From: Rubripirellula sp. | GTDB taxonomy: Bacteria; Planctomycetota; Planctomycetia; Pirellulales; Pirellulaceae | DNA: 64,000 nt | Assembly (NCBI GenBank): GCA_965216875.1 | Contig: OZ244207.1 | Span: 992,001 to 1,056,000, forward strand | Reading direction: 5' to 3' | Shown: piece by piece, positions 9,524 to 20,540 of the stretch | How positions within the stretch are numbered: the first letter of the stretch is position 1 | How the letters are laid out: each line of letters opens with the position of its first letter | Notes under the pieces: model-generated | Databases searched by the model: none | Seen by the model: the letters and a program-made list of their open reading frames with translations, nothing else | Told to the model about the DNA's origin: nothing | Made by a program: the position numbers and the translations under genes

Positions 9524-11304
9524 TCATTTTGGCCGACGAAAGTACCATCGGACTTCTTGATTCTCAGATAGTCCAGACCAAACATGTAAGCTTTTACTGC
9601 ATTTCGGTTTGCTCCGAGGATCTGAACGTTCAACGCGTGGCGTTTGCCTTCGACCGAGACATTCGGGAATGAAAGGACACCGGTGGTGATCACGCCGTTG
9701 TTGTACAAATCGATCTGTGGTCCAAAAGGTTGGTCGTCAAGTGACAATTGAACGATGCCGTAGTCGCGAGCACAGGTCATGACAACTTCAACATCAACGG
9801 TGCCGGAGAAGTCGGGCAGCGCTAGCGACAGCGAATCACCCGGTTTCGCTTGCGTCCACCACAATTGCGACGAGTTACTCCAGTGATCGCCCGTGAAGTT
9901 GGCCAGGTCTTGACGCGATGTTTGACCGCCGGTTGGCTCGCCAGAAAGCGTTTCGCCTTCGATGGCATCGGCGACGTGACCGACAGCTTGATCGATCTTT
10001 GACTTTGGTCCTCGGAGCTGTTTCGCACCGTAAACCTTGGGCAATTTCGGGCCGGTGTAGAGCTTCGGCTGAGCCGCTTCGAATTCGGATTGACTGACTT
10101 TCCTCACATGCTGTGTCAACACATGTGCCCCCAGCATGCCGCCAACAACGATGTCAGGCAGTGCGTCGTTGTTCACGTCTGCGATCGATACCTGGCGACC
10201 AATCCCCGCTTCACCATCTGCCTTGTAGGGAATCCAATCCACGCCCTCTTTGCCGCGAACGAGCTTAAACCAATAGACCACTGCACCCGCGTCCCACTGA
10301 GGGCTTTGGCGGTGATGCGACCAATAGGTCTTGCCGGTGATGATGTCTTTGAGGCCGTCGCCATCCATGTCGGCCAACGCGACCGAGTGCAGTTCGCTAA
10401 ACACAACTCCGTATCGATTTTCCGAAGGGTGTTCATTCATGATCAAGTGATGCTTGAACGCGGGTTCGTTCTCGTTGCTGCCAGGAATCTGTTCATACCA
10501 AGCGAGTCCGAAATCATGGGCACGATGACTCGTGATGATGTCGTTGTCACCGTCACCATCGACATCGTAGGCGTGCATCTCTGCTCCGCCGTAGCCTTCG
10601 CTCAGCGAAACCTCATGCGGAATCCAACGTGACGTCAACTGATGATCCGATGGCTGTTCGAACCATCCGCTTGCGTGAATGATGTCCTTTCGACCGTCGC
10701 CATTGACATCGCCGATACCGAGCCCGTGGCCGTATCTCTTCGAGGCGATCTGCTGCGAGACGGGATGGAACTCCCAAGCCTCAAACGGCTGGTCCCAGTC
10801 AACCATTGCGAAACCGAAGAACCCGTCGCGCGTGCAAATCAACTCCGGTCGATCATCGCCGACAACGTCAATCAACTGAGGCGACTCATTGGAAACCCAA
10901 TCAAACACCTGGTGTTTGGTCCAGAGGTTTGCGTATCCATCTTCCCCCGGATTCTGGTAGACATACGCTGGAGTCCCTGGGAATCCGACCACAAAGACGT
11001 CTTTTCGTCCGTCCCCATCGAAGTCGTACAACCAATTAAAGAAATTGTTGGCGTAGCGATCCCGATTCTGTGGGACGGGCTTGTAGATTTCGTGCTTCGT
11101 CGAAAACTCTGGACCTTCAAACCAATAGGGGCCATAAACAACATCCGACACACCATCTCCATTGACGTCAGCTGCGTTCGCGCCCTCGGAGTAGTAGGTG
11201 TCGGTTAGTTGCAGCCGTTTGAACGAATGCACAACCCGCTGGTCGGCGAAGGTCGACGCTGTGACGAACAGACTGGCGACAAGAATGACTCGTTGAATCA
11301 GCAT
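9520..11304 (-). CDS. FG-GAP/VCBS repeat beta-propeller protein with C-terminal beta-sandwich (CBM-like) domain
   Basis: Repeated DxxGDGxxD motifs; signal peptide; C-terminal DYGIVQL...FGLDYLRI. Confidence 0.85.
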   Translation of the reverse strand: MLIQRVILVASLFVTASTFADQRVVHSFKRLQLTDTYYSEGANAADVNGDGVSDVVYGPYWFEGPEFSTKHEIYKPVPQNRDRYANNFFNWLYDFDGDGRKDVFVVGFPGTPAYVYQNPGEDGYANLWTKHQVFDWVSNESPQLIDVVGDDRPELICTRDGFFGFAMVDWDQPFEAWEFHPVSQQIASKRYGHGLGIGDVNGDGRKDIIHASGWFEQPSDHQLTSRWIPHEVSLSEGYGGAEMHAYDVDGDGDNDIITSHRAHDFGLAWYEQIPGSNENEPAFKHHLIMNEHPSENRYGVVFSELHSVALADMDGDGLKDIITGKTYWSHHRQSPQWDAGAVVYWFKLVRGKEGVDWIPYKADGEAGIGRQVSIADVNNDALPDIVVGGMLGAHVLTQHVRKVSQSEFEAAQPKLYTGPKLPKVYGAKQLRGPKSKIDQAVGHVADAIEGETLSGEPTGGQTSRQDLANFTGDHWSNSSQLWWTQAKPGDSLSLALPDFSGTVDVEVVMTCARDYGIVQLSLDDQPFGPQIDLYNNGVITTGVLSFPNVSVEGKRHALNVQILGANRNAVKAYMFGLDYLRIKKSDGTFVGQND

Positions 11305-11386
11305 GGCGAGATCTCGGCAACTCGTTGTAATGGTTGAGGTAACATCACACGGAAAGACTTGTCAGTGGATTCATGGACGGAAAGGT

Positions 11387-14239
11387 TCAATGATCGAATC
11401 GGTCGTGGTCAGGCCAATCGCTGACGTTGTCGATAGCACGCTCGAGTTCAGGAAGGACCGCGCTCACCACGCGTGAGACGCGTGCGCTAATCCGGGTATT
11501 GAACAAAAGGGCCACGTTTCGCCCGTCGGGGCGACGAATGAGGATGGTGTTGGTGCCCGGCAACGATCCGCCGTGCGAGGCAGTCGACTCGCCTGAGTCA
11601 TTGACGGTGACGGACCATCCGAGCCCGTAGTATCGGGGCTTTTCAGACCCATCTTTGCCGTATCCCGCCAATCCATCAGGGCGGGCAAACATCTCGGCGA
11701 TCCGATCCTGCGAGAGGATTGGGCTCTCGCTCGATACGTCGAAAGCGCTTGCAAATCGGACCAAGTCGCTCGCCGAAGCAATCCATGCGCCATGAGAGTC
11801 CATGGCTTCCAGGTGCCACGCGCCGTACGGTTGGGGCACCGGCAAATTCAAGTCGTTCGCAAAAACGGAATCACCCAAGCGAGGATCGTAGTAGCGAACC
11901 TCGTTCCGTTGTCGCCCATTCAACCGTGTTGCCCCGACGCTCATTGACTTGATGCCAAGCGGCTCAAGGACATGCTGTTTGACGTACGCTTCGTATCCTT
12001 GGCCGGACACCTTTTCGATGACCCGGCCGAGCAGGCAGTAGCCGTAGTTCGAGTACGCGTAACGCTGACCGGGATCGAAATCCAATGGTTTCCCGAGCAT
12101 CACACGGATGACCGTGTCCGGAGTCGCAGGCGGTTCGACACCAAGCGTTTCAGAAAACTCGCTTGACTTGAACATCGCATCGAACGATTTGTTGCGATCC
12201 CAACCGCCGCGATGTTGCAACAAGTGACGAATCGTGATGTTGTGATGCCGCTCGTCGAATGCTGCCTTCTCATCCAAGTGCGGTTCGTACTCAAGCAATT
12301 CAAAGACCTTATCCTCAAGCGAGAGCTTGCGTTGATCAACAAGGTTTAGGATCGCGACGGCGGTGATCGGCTTCGAAATGCTGGCGATGCGAAACAGGCT
12401 TTCGGGGCTCGCCGACTCTCGTTTGCCTACGTCGGCGTAACCGAATCCGCGAGCGTAAACCAATCGCCCTTGATCCGTGATCGCCAATGACGCGCCGGGG
12501 ATCTTCTGGTCACGAATGAACGTTTGCAAGACCTCATCGACTTCTGCCATTGCCGTGACAGGATGTCCGGTGGTCACCGAGTGCGGTGCTTTGGATTCGT
12601 CGTAACCGGGCCCTCGCAATACTCGCCCAGGACGCTTGCCGGTGAGTTTGCCATCGGCGAACACGATCTCGCCATTGACAATCACGTGCTGCATGCCCTC
12701 CGACAAAACGTTGGGGTCTTTGAAGTTGGCTTTGTCCGTGAGCTTGTCGTAGTCAAACACGATCACATCCGCAGCCAACCCTTCGGCAATGCGACCTCGA
12801 TCGTAAATCATCACGCTGTTTCCGGCGGCCGCACTGGCCTGAGCGACGGCGCGCTCCATGGAAACAACGCCAAGTTCACGGACGTACCGGGAGAGCATCC
12901 TGGGAAACGAGCCGAAAGAACGAGGGTGGGAAGCACTGCGGCTGCCGCCGGCTGGTCCCACATCCGTGCAGAAGGAGATGAACTCTTGCTGCATCGCCAA
13001 GATCTTGTTCGCGTCACTCATCGTTTCAGGGCATGCGAAGGATCCGGCGATACAGAGCGTGAAAAACGTGTCCCAAACGTCATCGCCGGTCGCCTTGGCA
13101 ATCGCCGCGACGGACTGTCCTGCGTATTGACGGTAGCGCGGCTCGTTGGTCTGGCCGACGACGATGCGATCCCAATCCGATCCCGCGTGGCGGTACCAGT
13201 TTTCCCAACCCGATGTGGTTTCGATTTCGCGACGTACCTGGTCGCGCAGTTCGGTATCGCGTTTGAGTCGGTTCAGGAAGCTCGCGCGGCCTCCCCCAAA
13301 ATGCTGTGGGTGAATGAGAGCGTCGATGCCCAAGCCGTTGTTGACGTAGGGATAGATGTCGGCCGTCACTTGATGACCTTCGGCGCGCGCAGCCTTGATG
13401 CGCGCGATGGCAAGTTGCATTTTTCCCCAGTTCTGTTTGCCGGCTGCTTTGAGGTGAAAAATATGTACGGGAGTGTTTCCGAGGCGACCGATCTCCAGTG
13501 CTTCGTCGATCGCATCAAGGAGTTGATCTCCTTCGTTGCGCATGTGAGTGTAGTAGCGACCTCCGTACTGGCCTGCGACTGCGGCCAACGCCCCAATCTC
13601 TTCGGTCGTGGCATAGACGGCGGGCGGGTAGATCAAAGCGGTTGACACCCCAATGGCTCCGGCCTGCATTGCCTCGTGGACATGTTGCTTCATCGCTTCC
13701 AGTTCATCATCACTGCAGCGGCGATTGTCTTCGCCCATCACCAGACGTCGGACCTGTGTGTGCCCAACCGTTTGGACGACGTTGACGGGCATGCCTTTGA
13801 GATCGAGCAGTTGAAAGTACTCGGCCATGTTCTGCCAGCCGAGTTTCGCGGCAGTGTCCTCGTCAACGGGTGCTGCAGACGAGCCTTCACCGGCGTTGAT
13901 GGTGGTGATCCCTTGGGTCAAGAGGTTGATTGCCGTTGATGGATCTCGCAGCATCGGTGTGGCGGTTTGACCCATCATGTCAATGAAGCCCGGCGCCACG
14001 ATCAATCCTGTTGCATCGATTGACACCTTGCCGGCTTGCGAGTCGATGCGTCCGATCTTGACAATTTTCCCGTCGCGAATTCCCAGGTCGGCTTCGAACC
14101 ATGGTGCGCCCGTGCCATCGACGATGCGTCCATTGGTGACGACAAGATCAAATTTGGGCTGAGGATCGTCGGCACGCACGCCGATCGGGTCATGAGCCAC
14201 AACCAAGATGATGAGCGAGATAAGAATGAAGTTTCGCAC
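11387..14239 (-). CDS. Fusion of N-acyl-D-amino-acid deacylase (amidohydrolase) and beta-lactamase-family serine hydrolase
   Basis: N-half NGRIVDGTG, APGFID, HMRNEG, HPRSFGSFPR; C-half SISK (SxxK), YSN, HGG; GTG start at 14239 estimated. Confidence 0.88.
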   Translation of the reverse strand: MRNFILISLIILVVAHDPIGVRADDPQPKFDLVVTNGRIVDGTGAPWFEADLGIRDGKIVKIGRIDSQAGKVSIDATGLIVAPGFIDMMGQTATPMLRDPSTAINLLTQGITTINAGEGSSAAPVDEDTAAKLGWQNMAEYFQLLDLKGMPVNVVQTVGHTQVRRLVMGEDNRRCSDDELEAMKQHVHEAMQAGAIGVSTALIYPPAVYATTEEIGALAAVAGQYGGRYYTHMRNEGDQLLDAIDEALEIGRLGNTPVHIFHLKAAGKQNWGKMQLAIARIKAARAEGHQVTADIYPYVNNGLGIDALIHPQHFGGGRASFLNRLKRDTELRDQVRREIETTSGWENWYRHAGSDWDRIVVGQTNEPRYRQYAGQSVAAIAKATGDDVWDTFFTLCIAGSFACPETMSDANKILAMQQEFISFCTDVGPAGGSRSASHPRSFGSFPRMLSRYVRELGVVSMERAVAQASAAAGNSVMIYDRGRIAEGLAADVIVFDYDKLTDKANFKDPNVLSEGMQHVIVNGEIVFADGKLTGKRPGRVLRGPGYDESKAPHSVTTGHPVTAMAEVDEVLQTFIRDQKIPGASLAITDQGRLVYARGFGYADVGKRESASPESLFRIASISKPITAVAILNLVDQRKLSLEDKVFELLEYEPHLDEKAAFDERHHNITIRHLLQHRGGWDRNKSFDAMFKSSEFSETLGVEPPATPDTVIRVMLGKPLDFDPGQRYAYSNYGYCLLGRVIEKVSGQGYEAYVKQHVLEPLGIKSMSVGATRLNGRQRNEVRYYDPRLGDSVFANDLNLPVPQPYGAWHLEAMDSHGAWIASASDLVRFASAFDVSSESPILSQDRIAEMFARPDGLAGYGKDGSEKPRYYGLGWSVTVNDSGESTASHGGSLPGTNTILIRRPDGRNVALLFNTRISARVSRVVSAVLPELERAIDNVSDWPDHDRFDH

Positions 14240-14897
14240 TGGCGTACCTGCGCTGTGTCTTGGGGTGGGAGAGGAGCCGGTGAAGGGCGATTCGATTGAA
14301 GTGAACGCGGTGGTGTCGGTCGAGATCGAGGCGAACGCGACTGCCTCCAAGGGGGCAGCTCAAAGTTGAAGGGGTGTGATGAAACGAAACGCGTTCGTTT
14401 GGCAACGCACTCGAGTGCAATGGGCTTACGCGATTGAGTTGCGTGGCGGCATACGTAAGCGATGGCACTCGACTGAGTTGGCTGGCGCGACGAACATCGT
14501 CGCTGATTGGCCTACGAACGTTTGATCTGCCCTCGGGTAGGCGGGTGAGGTGGGACCATGATGCTACCAGCTCGCCAAGGCAACGGCCAGTTTTTAGCCC
14601 AGGAAAGGGAAGTGGTGGCCATGGAACAGCCACGGGCCCGTCCGTCGAAAGTGGCGTGAGTTCGACTGGAGAGCTCGACTTCGATGAACGGTAGCTTTTT
14701 GCGAGGGTTTTTCGACTGTTTCCGGCTGCGCAAACCTTTCCGGCAAGTTTGCTCGGTGAACGTGGGTGTTGCAGCAGACTCGTCCAGAAAATTCGTCAAA
14801 ACAGAGAATTCGTCGGCTCGCGTCGCAAGTAAGTCCGACACTTTCGTAGTGACGGTGGAAGGGATTCACGCCCCAGCAATTTCGACAGTCGGCAGAG

Positions 14898-16184
14898 ATG
14901 TCCATGCAGTTCCGTGGCAAGGAAAAGCTACTGGTAACCCTTTTGCGAATGGTCGCTCTGTGCGTTTGTGCTGGGCCCTCTTTTGCATCTGCGCAAGGTG
15001 TTCAGCAGACCGGATCTTCCAGCTCCATTCGCGGCAACTACGTTCCGCCAAAGCTCTTTCAAAACCCGAACATCAATGTCACCGAGCTCACCAGCCCACC
15101 GCGTCTCGAGCCGGTCAACACAGACCCGTACCACGCTTTCAAGCAGCGTCTCTCCGAAAACTATGGCATCGACTACCTGTTCGCCTACGCGCCTCTGTTT
15201 CAAGTCGGCGAGGGCGGACGCGAATACATCGATGCAGAATTGGATTTCGGGTTCATCTGGAATCTGACTGACAACGGGCATTCCAAAGGCAACCTGCTCG
15301 CCTACATGCTTTGGGTGCAGACATTTTCGACCAACCCGACTGGCGAATTTCTCGCACCCTATGGTGTCGTCACTCAGGCGAACTCTGGCGGCACGGACCC
15401 GAATCAGGGGACGACGCAGCTGAACCTATTTGCTTGGGAACAGACGTGGCATGACGAAGCGATCAGCCTTCGTTTCGGCCAACTTCGGAATGACTTCTTC
15501 TTCGGCACCAACAAGTATCACAACGACGATCGGTTCGTCTTTTTGCATAGCGTGCTTTCCGGTTTGCAGGGCATCAATTGGGCCGCAACCGGAAAAGGGA
15601 TCGGTGGGATGGTTGATGTGCGTGGCGAACGTTTCTACACGACATTGGGCTTTGCCGACGCCAAGGCTCGCCAAACCTATCCCGAGGTGCAGAGCTTCTT
15701 TGACGGTCGCTACCACTACCTGGGTGAGGTTGGATGGACGCCAACGTTTGGCTGCAACAGCGAAGGCGAGTACAAGGCGACGATGAGCTACACCGCGCGA
15801 ACCGGTGATCCCAACAATGTCGGCTAGCGAGAGGGATACGGTTTGATTCTCAGTGCGCGTCAGGACTTCCATGAAAGGTTCGGCGTCGCGGCGCGATGGA
15901 ACAAATCGTTCGAGCGATACAACGCGGGCCTACGTGAATCGCTCGTGGCCAGTTGCACGATGACGGGCGTCGGCCGATACAAAGATGATTGGATCAGCCT
16001 CGGGTTTTTCTATGGCAAGCCCATCGACCGGTCACTCCAGGAAGAAAGTGGAATGGAGATCTACTGGAGGGCTCAGATCACCAAAACGATCGAGTTCACC
16101 CCCGACTTTCTGATGTACTTTGATCGAGCTCGGCAGAGTGGACCCGCCTTCTTCGGTGCCTTTCGAATCCGAATCCTGCTTTGA
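14898..16184 (+). pseudogene. Carbohydrate-selective porin (OprB-like) interrupted by one in-frame TAG
   Basis: ORFs 14898-15827 and 15843-16184 share a frame, separated only by TAG at 15825-15827; beta-barrel C-terminus EIYWRAQIT..FTPD..FRIRILL. Confidence 0.75.
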
Positions 16185-16318
16185 GTCACGATCGATCATG
16201 GCTGTGGCCAAAGTTGCAGAGATTGTGAGACTTGAGATGCCCTCGACTTCCCCGCGGATTGGATTTACGTTGCCATGAGGTGAAGTGCTTGCCCCCGTTA
16301 TCGCGCACGCCAACAAAC

Positions 16319-16366
16319 ACCCTCCCGCTTACGGGAGGGTCGGACGCAAGGTCCGGGGAGGGAGAG
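16319..16366. repeat. GC-rich palindromic intergenic element
   Basis: ACCCTCCCG-CTTA-CGGGAGGGT followed by CGGAC-GCAAG-GTCCG. Confidence 0.5.
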
Positions 16367-16583
16367 CCAGAGGATTTGCTGGCTGCGATTGGTGCGATCG
16401 ATCCAAGTGCTATCGCGTTGGGGACGTTTTGGCACCATGAATCCGTTTCGCTGGCCGCGGGGGGCGGATGACGATTCGGCGCGCACCGGATCACGGCGTC
16501 GCGCGACGACTCATTGAAAACCGACTCGCCGTGCCCGTTGGCGGCAGTCGTGATCAGGCGAACCAGATCAAGGCTCTAACCTA

Positions 16584-16985
16584 ATGATGCAACTATTCGA
16601 ACGATTTGCCGCCGATGTCGCAGCTCAACCGCAATGGCTTCAGGTGTGGGGGAATGTCCTGGGGCCCGTCACATTGCTATCGATGGTCTTGTTTCTGTTT
16701 CGGCGCAATCTAATCCCCGTTGCATTGCTCACGTTCCTCGTGCTGCCGTCAATGCTGCTACTCTACCATTACTTCGGATATAGCCGAATCCTCGGCCTTG
16801 CCCACATTGTTTTCTGGACGCCAGCCGTCGTCTACCTGCTTAGAATCAGACCCAGTTGGCGAGCGAAAGAAACTTGGCTCGGCAAATGGATCATCATCGC
16901 ATTGGCAGTGATGCTCATATCACTCGCCTTCGACTATGTAGATCTGGCTCGCTGGCTGATGGGGGATCGCGGGCGTGTTAATTGA
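16584..16985 (+). CDS. Small membrane protein (about 4 TM)
   Basis: Hydrophobic segments; GYSRILGLAHIVFWTP. Confidence 0.75.
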   Translation: MMQLFERFAADVAAQPQWLQVWGNVLGPVTLLSMVLFLFRRNLIPVALLTFLVLPSMLLLYHYFGYSRILGLAHIVFWTPAVVYLLRIRPSWRAKETWLGKWIIIALAVMLISLAFDYVDLARWLMGDRGRVN

Positions 16986-17088
16986 TGACGACGCGGTCCG
17001 ATTTGTTCGCATGCGATGTCGGATTACAGGTCACGCATTGGAGCACCGTGGCTCCTAGATGGCATCAACACGCCAACACAATGCAAGC

Positions 17089-17733
17089 CTACTTTTTCTT
17101 CTTTCTCGCGACGACGAAATAGCTCGTCGCTCCTTTGCTGATTTTTTCAGCTTCAATCGTTTGGAAACCAACACTTGCGATTAGATCGTCTAACTCGAAG
17201 CTTCTAAGTCGCCTGATGGAAATGGGGATGATTCCAGTTTTAGTCAGAAGCCGGACAAGCTGAATTTGCACGCCAACCCCAAACGACATTTTCTCTTTCA
17301 GGCAAGGCGTCACCGAGATCATTTTTCCGTTCGGTTTCAGCAGGTCGTGAATCCTCCGCATGACGTCATCCACATTCCCAACGGTGTGCAGCATATTGAA
17401 GGCCAGAATCACATCAAACGATTCTTTTTGGTAGCGATTGTCGAATATATCCGTTTGCACGAAGTGTGCATTTTCAATCGAGATTGCTAATGCCTTCTGT
17501 TTCGCCAGTTCAATCATCTTCGACGATGTGTCGATCGCATGAATCTCTTTCGCCAAACCGGCGAATTCGCAGGTTGTTGTTCCGGTCCCGCATCCGTAGT
17601 CTAAGACGATATCTTCAGAACTCAGGTGTTTTCTCGTGTTGTCTCTGCACTTGCTGTGAATGTACTCAAACCGTTCCTCTGTCTTGTCGTAGTTTTTCGA
17701 GGCCTTGTCCCAGAACGTTTGCGATTTGTTCAT
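17089..17733 (-). CDS. Class I SAM-dependent methyltransferase
   Basis: VLDYGCGTG motif I, FDVILAFN, LKPNG; visibly more AT-rich than flanking genes. Confidence 0.9.
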   Translation of the reverse strand: MNKSQTFWDKASKNYDKTEERFEYIHSKCRDNTRKHLSSEDIVLDYGCGTGTTTCEFAGLAKEIHAIDTSSKMIELAKQKALAISIENAHFVQTDIFDNRYQKESFDVILAFNMLHTVGNVDDVMRRIHDLLKPNGKMISVTPCLKEKMSFGVGVQIQLVRLLTKTGIIPISIRRLRSFELDDLIASVGFQTIEAEKISKGATSYFVVARKKKK

Positions 17734-17809
17734 TCTTATCTTCACGCCTTCGATGGCAACATAACGTCCGCCGCAGCTGTGCACGCCATGCGTCAGTTCG
17801 TGGACTCGT

Positions 17810-18043
17810 TTAGACGTCGCAGTGCCATATTTCGGGCGAATGGTACTTGCTGAGATCACTGCGCTGAAGGCATCCCCTGGCCGATTCCTCTGATTCAAAC
17901 GGCCCGTCAATGATCATTCTGTGCCGGCCCCTGTTGTGCGCAGTCATCGCGTCGATGTCGGGCGGCTGCCGATCGGAGATGAACCCTTCGCAAATGTAGT
18001 ATTTGCCGGTCTCGGGCTCGATGTCTTTGTATTCCTTTGTCAT
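17810..18043 (-). CDS. Small hypothetical protein (77 aa)
   Basis: ATG preceded by GGGGG RBS-like run; lies downstream of hairpin A. Confidence 0.5.
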   Translation of the reverse strand: MTKEYKDIEPETGKYYICEGFISDRQPPDIDAMTAHNRGRHRMIIDGPFESEESARGCLQRSDLSKYHSPEIWHCDV

Positions 18044-18362
18044 TACAACCCCCATCAACTTGTGCGCGAAGCAGTACGCAGTTTCGTGTATTGAATAGAG
18101 AGCCACGCGATCGGAAGTGGGTTGACCGCGTGGCTCCAAAGGCACGAGACCTCTTCAAGAATCGGTGACGCCGAATGCGTTCATGCCCCGAGTACGCGAT
18201 CAGCGTGCCGATGAATCATTTGTAGAGACGGCGCCAATACGCGGCAACAGTGAACGCCCGTAGTTTTCCGAAGTGCGAACCGAGGTTCGCCGATGCGAAT
18301 TCGCAACACCTGCGATAGTCGGTTTCCGCGTTACTGCACTAGGCGAGTTTGCAATCACATTG

Positions 18363-18941
18363 TCAGAGCAACGGGTCGTAGATAATGACGATGTGTGAAG
18401 AGTCCTCATCGTCGGCTCGAGAAACAACGATGTTGAGGTGGTATGACCTTGTCCGTTGTACAAGGCATTCTAGACGCACCGACCTCAATGACTTTGGGAA
18501 GTCTCCTGATTCGGGTCTCGAGTTGTCGCGTACAAACACCTGTGAGGAGGCGTTTGCACCGCCCAACGCAAGGTGCCCTGATGCCTTCATTTTTGCCAGG
18601 CGTTCTGCAGGATCTGCCACCTTCTTGAATTGCAATCGTTGGACATAGTACTTCACTACATTTTCGAAAGGTTCGGGAGTGGACCAAAGCCCGACTTGAG
18701 GATTGTGTATCTCAATTCCGCGGTCGGACGTTGCGCCTCCTGACGAAACCTTGCTATGTAACTTCGAGTTTGGAAACGCGAATTCCTCCAACAAGGGTGG
18801 TTGTTCGGCGTCTCCTACGATGTGGTTGACCGTCCGATCGATGGCGAGGAGTTCCACGTGGCGTTGTGCGACAAGGCCGGCGCAAAACGCGAGCCCGATC
18901 ACAGAAAATGCGGAAATCGCAACGAGTATGAACTTTCGCAA
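18363..18941 (-). CDS. Membrane-anchored or secreted hypothetical protein
   Basis: TTG start with GAGGGA RBS followed by a hydrophobic N-terminal segment. Confidence 0.6.
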   Translation of the reverse strand: MRKFILVAISAFSVIGLAFCAGLVAQRHVELLAIDRTVNHIVGDAEQPPLLEEFAFPNSKLHSKVSSGGATSDRGIEIHNPQVGLWSTPEPFENVVKYYVQRLQFKKVADPAERLAKMKASGHLALGGANASSQVFVRDNSRPESGDFPKSLRSVRLECLVQRTRSYHLNIVVSRADDEDSSHIVIIYDPLL

Positions 18942-19061
18942 TGGTCCCTCGCACTTGTGTCTTTTCCGTTCGCCAATGGCCGGCATCGTGCGCGAGTGCA
19001 TGGAGCGGTACGTCGGCAATCGTAGAGGCCGCTTTGGCGAAATCCATCGTCTCGCTAGTTG

Positions 19062-19409
19062 CTAACGACCTTCGGGGCGCAGCGACTCAAGAAGCTCAAC
19101 AATCTTGTCGTGATTCTTGGAGTGTGTTGAGATCACGACCGACGCGTTCTGTGGATACGGAGCCATCGTTGAGACTGTGCGTCCCGAATCCCAGTCCGGA
19201 ACGGAAACCTGGATCAATCGCATCAATACCGATGGATCGTATTTCCCATCGGAGGTCCATACAGGAAGGTCAGAAACCCGGTAGGTTTTCACAACGGTTG
19301 TTTGGTCTCGCTTGACCTCATCGTCTTCGGCAAACGCACCGTGATGGCCGACGAATACCGTCATGCCGATCACCAGAATTGACGACGCTAGAACACCGAA
19401 CAGTCTCAT
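19062..19409 (-). CDS. Small secreted protein, secretin N-domain-like (planctomycete type)
   Basis: Signal peptide; KTYRVSDL...LIQVSV.DW...SVVIS...HDKIVELLESLR pattern. Confidence 0.65.
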   Translation of the reverse strand: MRLFGVLASSILVIGMTVFVGHHGAFAEDDEVKRDQTTVVKTYRVSDLPVWTSDGKYDPSVLMRLIQVSVPDWDSGRTVSTMAPYPQNASVVISTHSKNHDKIVELLESLRPEGR

Positions 19410-19586
19410 GATTCAATCCTTGGTTTATGTGCGAGGAATCGATTCAAAGCCAAGGTATCGCATGCCCCCCGCATCACCAATAGTGATCCGGCCGCATGGG
19501 TATTGCGCATTGCGAACCACGATCGGCGTGCGCTTCGATCGCGCAAGGCTCATGCAGAAACGCATCGGGCAGTCTGCCACTTCGGC

Positions 19587-20540
19587 TTAATCGGCCTTCG
19601 CTGCAGCATGCAGTGCCCCAGCCTGCGGATTGATGGCTTTTAGAACGTCGGTCCACTGAGTGCGCTGCTTCTCATGTGGATCAAGAAAGCCATTCTCGTT
19701 GCGAGGCGAGTCACCTCGTTCGGCCTCGTCCCACTGCTGGATATATCCACAGTGATGCCAGCCGATGTAGTAACTGGTCGACATCATGCCACGCAACATT
19801 TCCTCATACATGCCAGCGACCTCTTCCAGAGTCTTCGCACCAGTGCGGAATCCCTTCACTCCCCATTCTTGTTGATTGGGGCTTGCGAGGCCAAAGCAAC
19901 CGTCGCCATTGAAAATCGGTTTGCCCGTTGCCTGATAGATCATGTCGGATAGCTTCTTGTCCTTTTCCCACGGCCCATAGGCTTGCACGCAGACAACATC
20001 AACGTGCTTCTTAATCGAAGGAAGCAGAAAATCGTAGTGCCACATGACCATGTTCTTGTCACCAAGGATCAAGTGATTGGGGTCGTACTTGCGAATGAGT
20101 CCTTCGTGCAGCGCGTACCACTTTTCGGCGATGACCGGCATGAAGGACAGCATGTCGTTTTTCGCGGAGGCGACGTCGGCGGGGTCGGTCCAATCCACTT
20201 GCCGAGCCATCTCTGCCCAGGAGATTCCGTAGGTCGGACTGACCGGGAGGCCCCACACCTTGGCCGCCGCCTTCGCATTTGGGTAACGCTCCTTCAAGTG
20301 ATCCAACCATCGCAACTTGCCAGGCGAGGATTCCCCGAGCTGCAGAATCGCATTGATCCATGGATAGATCATCGTCGTGTCGTTTCGTTCCATCTGCTCT
20401 GCACGACCCATGATCCAGCTGGGGACATCGGTGTAGAGGTAGCCGATTAGGTTGCGTTGATCCTTGTGAAGCTCAGTGACCTGCCTGACGCGTGTTTCCA
20501 CAAAGTCATGGAAGTCGCGTGAAAACACATCAGGCTGCGG
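19587..20540 (-). pseudogene. C-terminal fragment of a beta-agarase/GH50-like glycoside hydrolase
   Basis: PDVF, LIGY, IRKYDPNHLILGD, KPI, IGWH..Y, ENGF motifs; starts mid-barrel, no signal peptide, in-frame TAA about 24 codons upstream. Confidence 0.6.

Noticed and set aside
12524..13645. 373-aa plus-strand ORF and many similar long antisense ORFs (e.g. 54234-55289, 49192-50004, 63433-63969)
   Set aside because: Shadow frames of well-supported genes on the opposite strand in GC-rich DNA.
15825..15827. Pyrrolysine recoding of the porin amber codon
   Set aside because: No pyl genes or suppressor tRNA in the window, and TAG is used as a normal stop in many genes here.
18250..18365. Second attC-like site after the 18363 gene
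   Set aside because: It ends in GGGCGTT but lacks the AAC box and convincing pairing.
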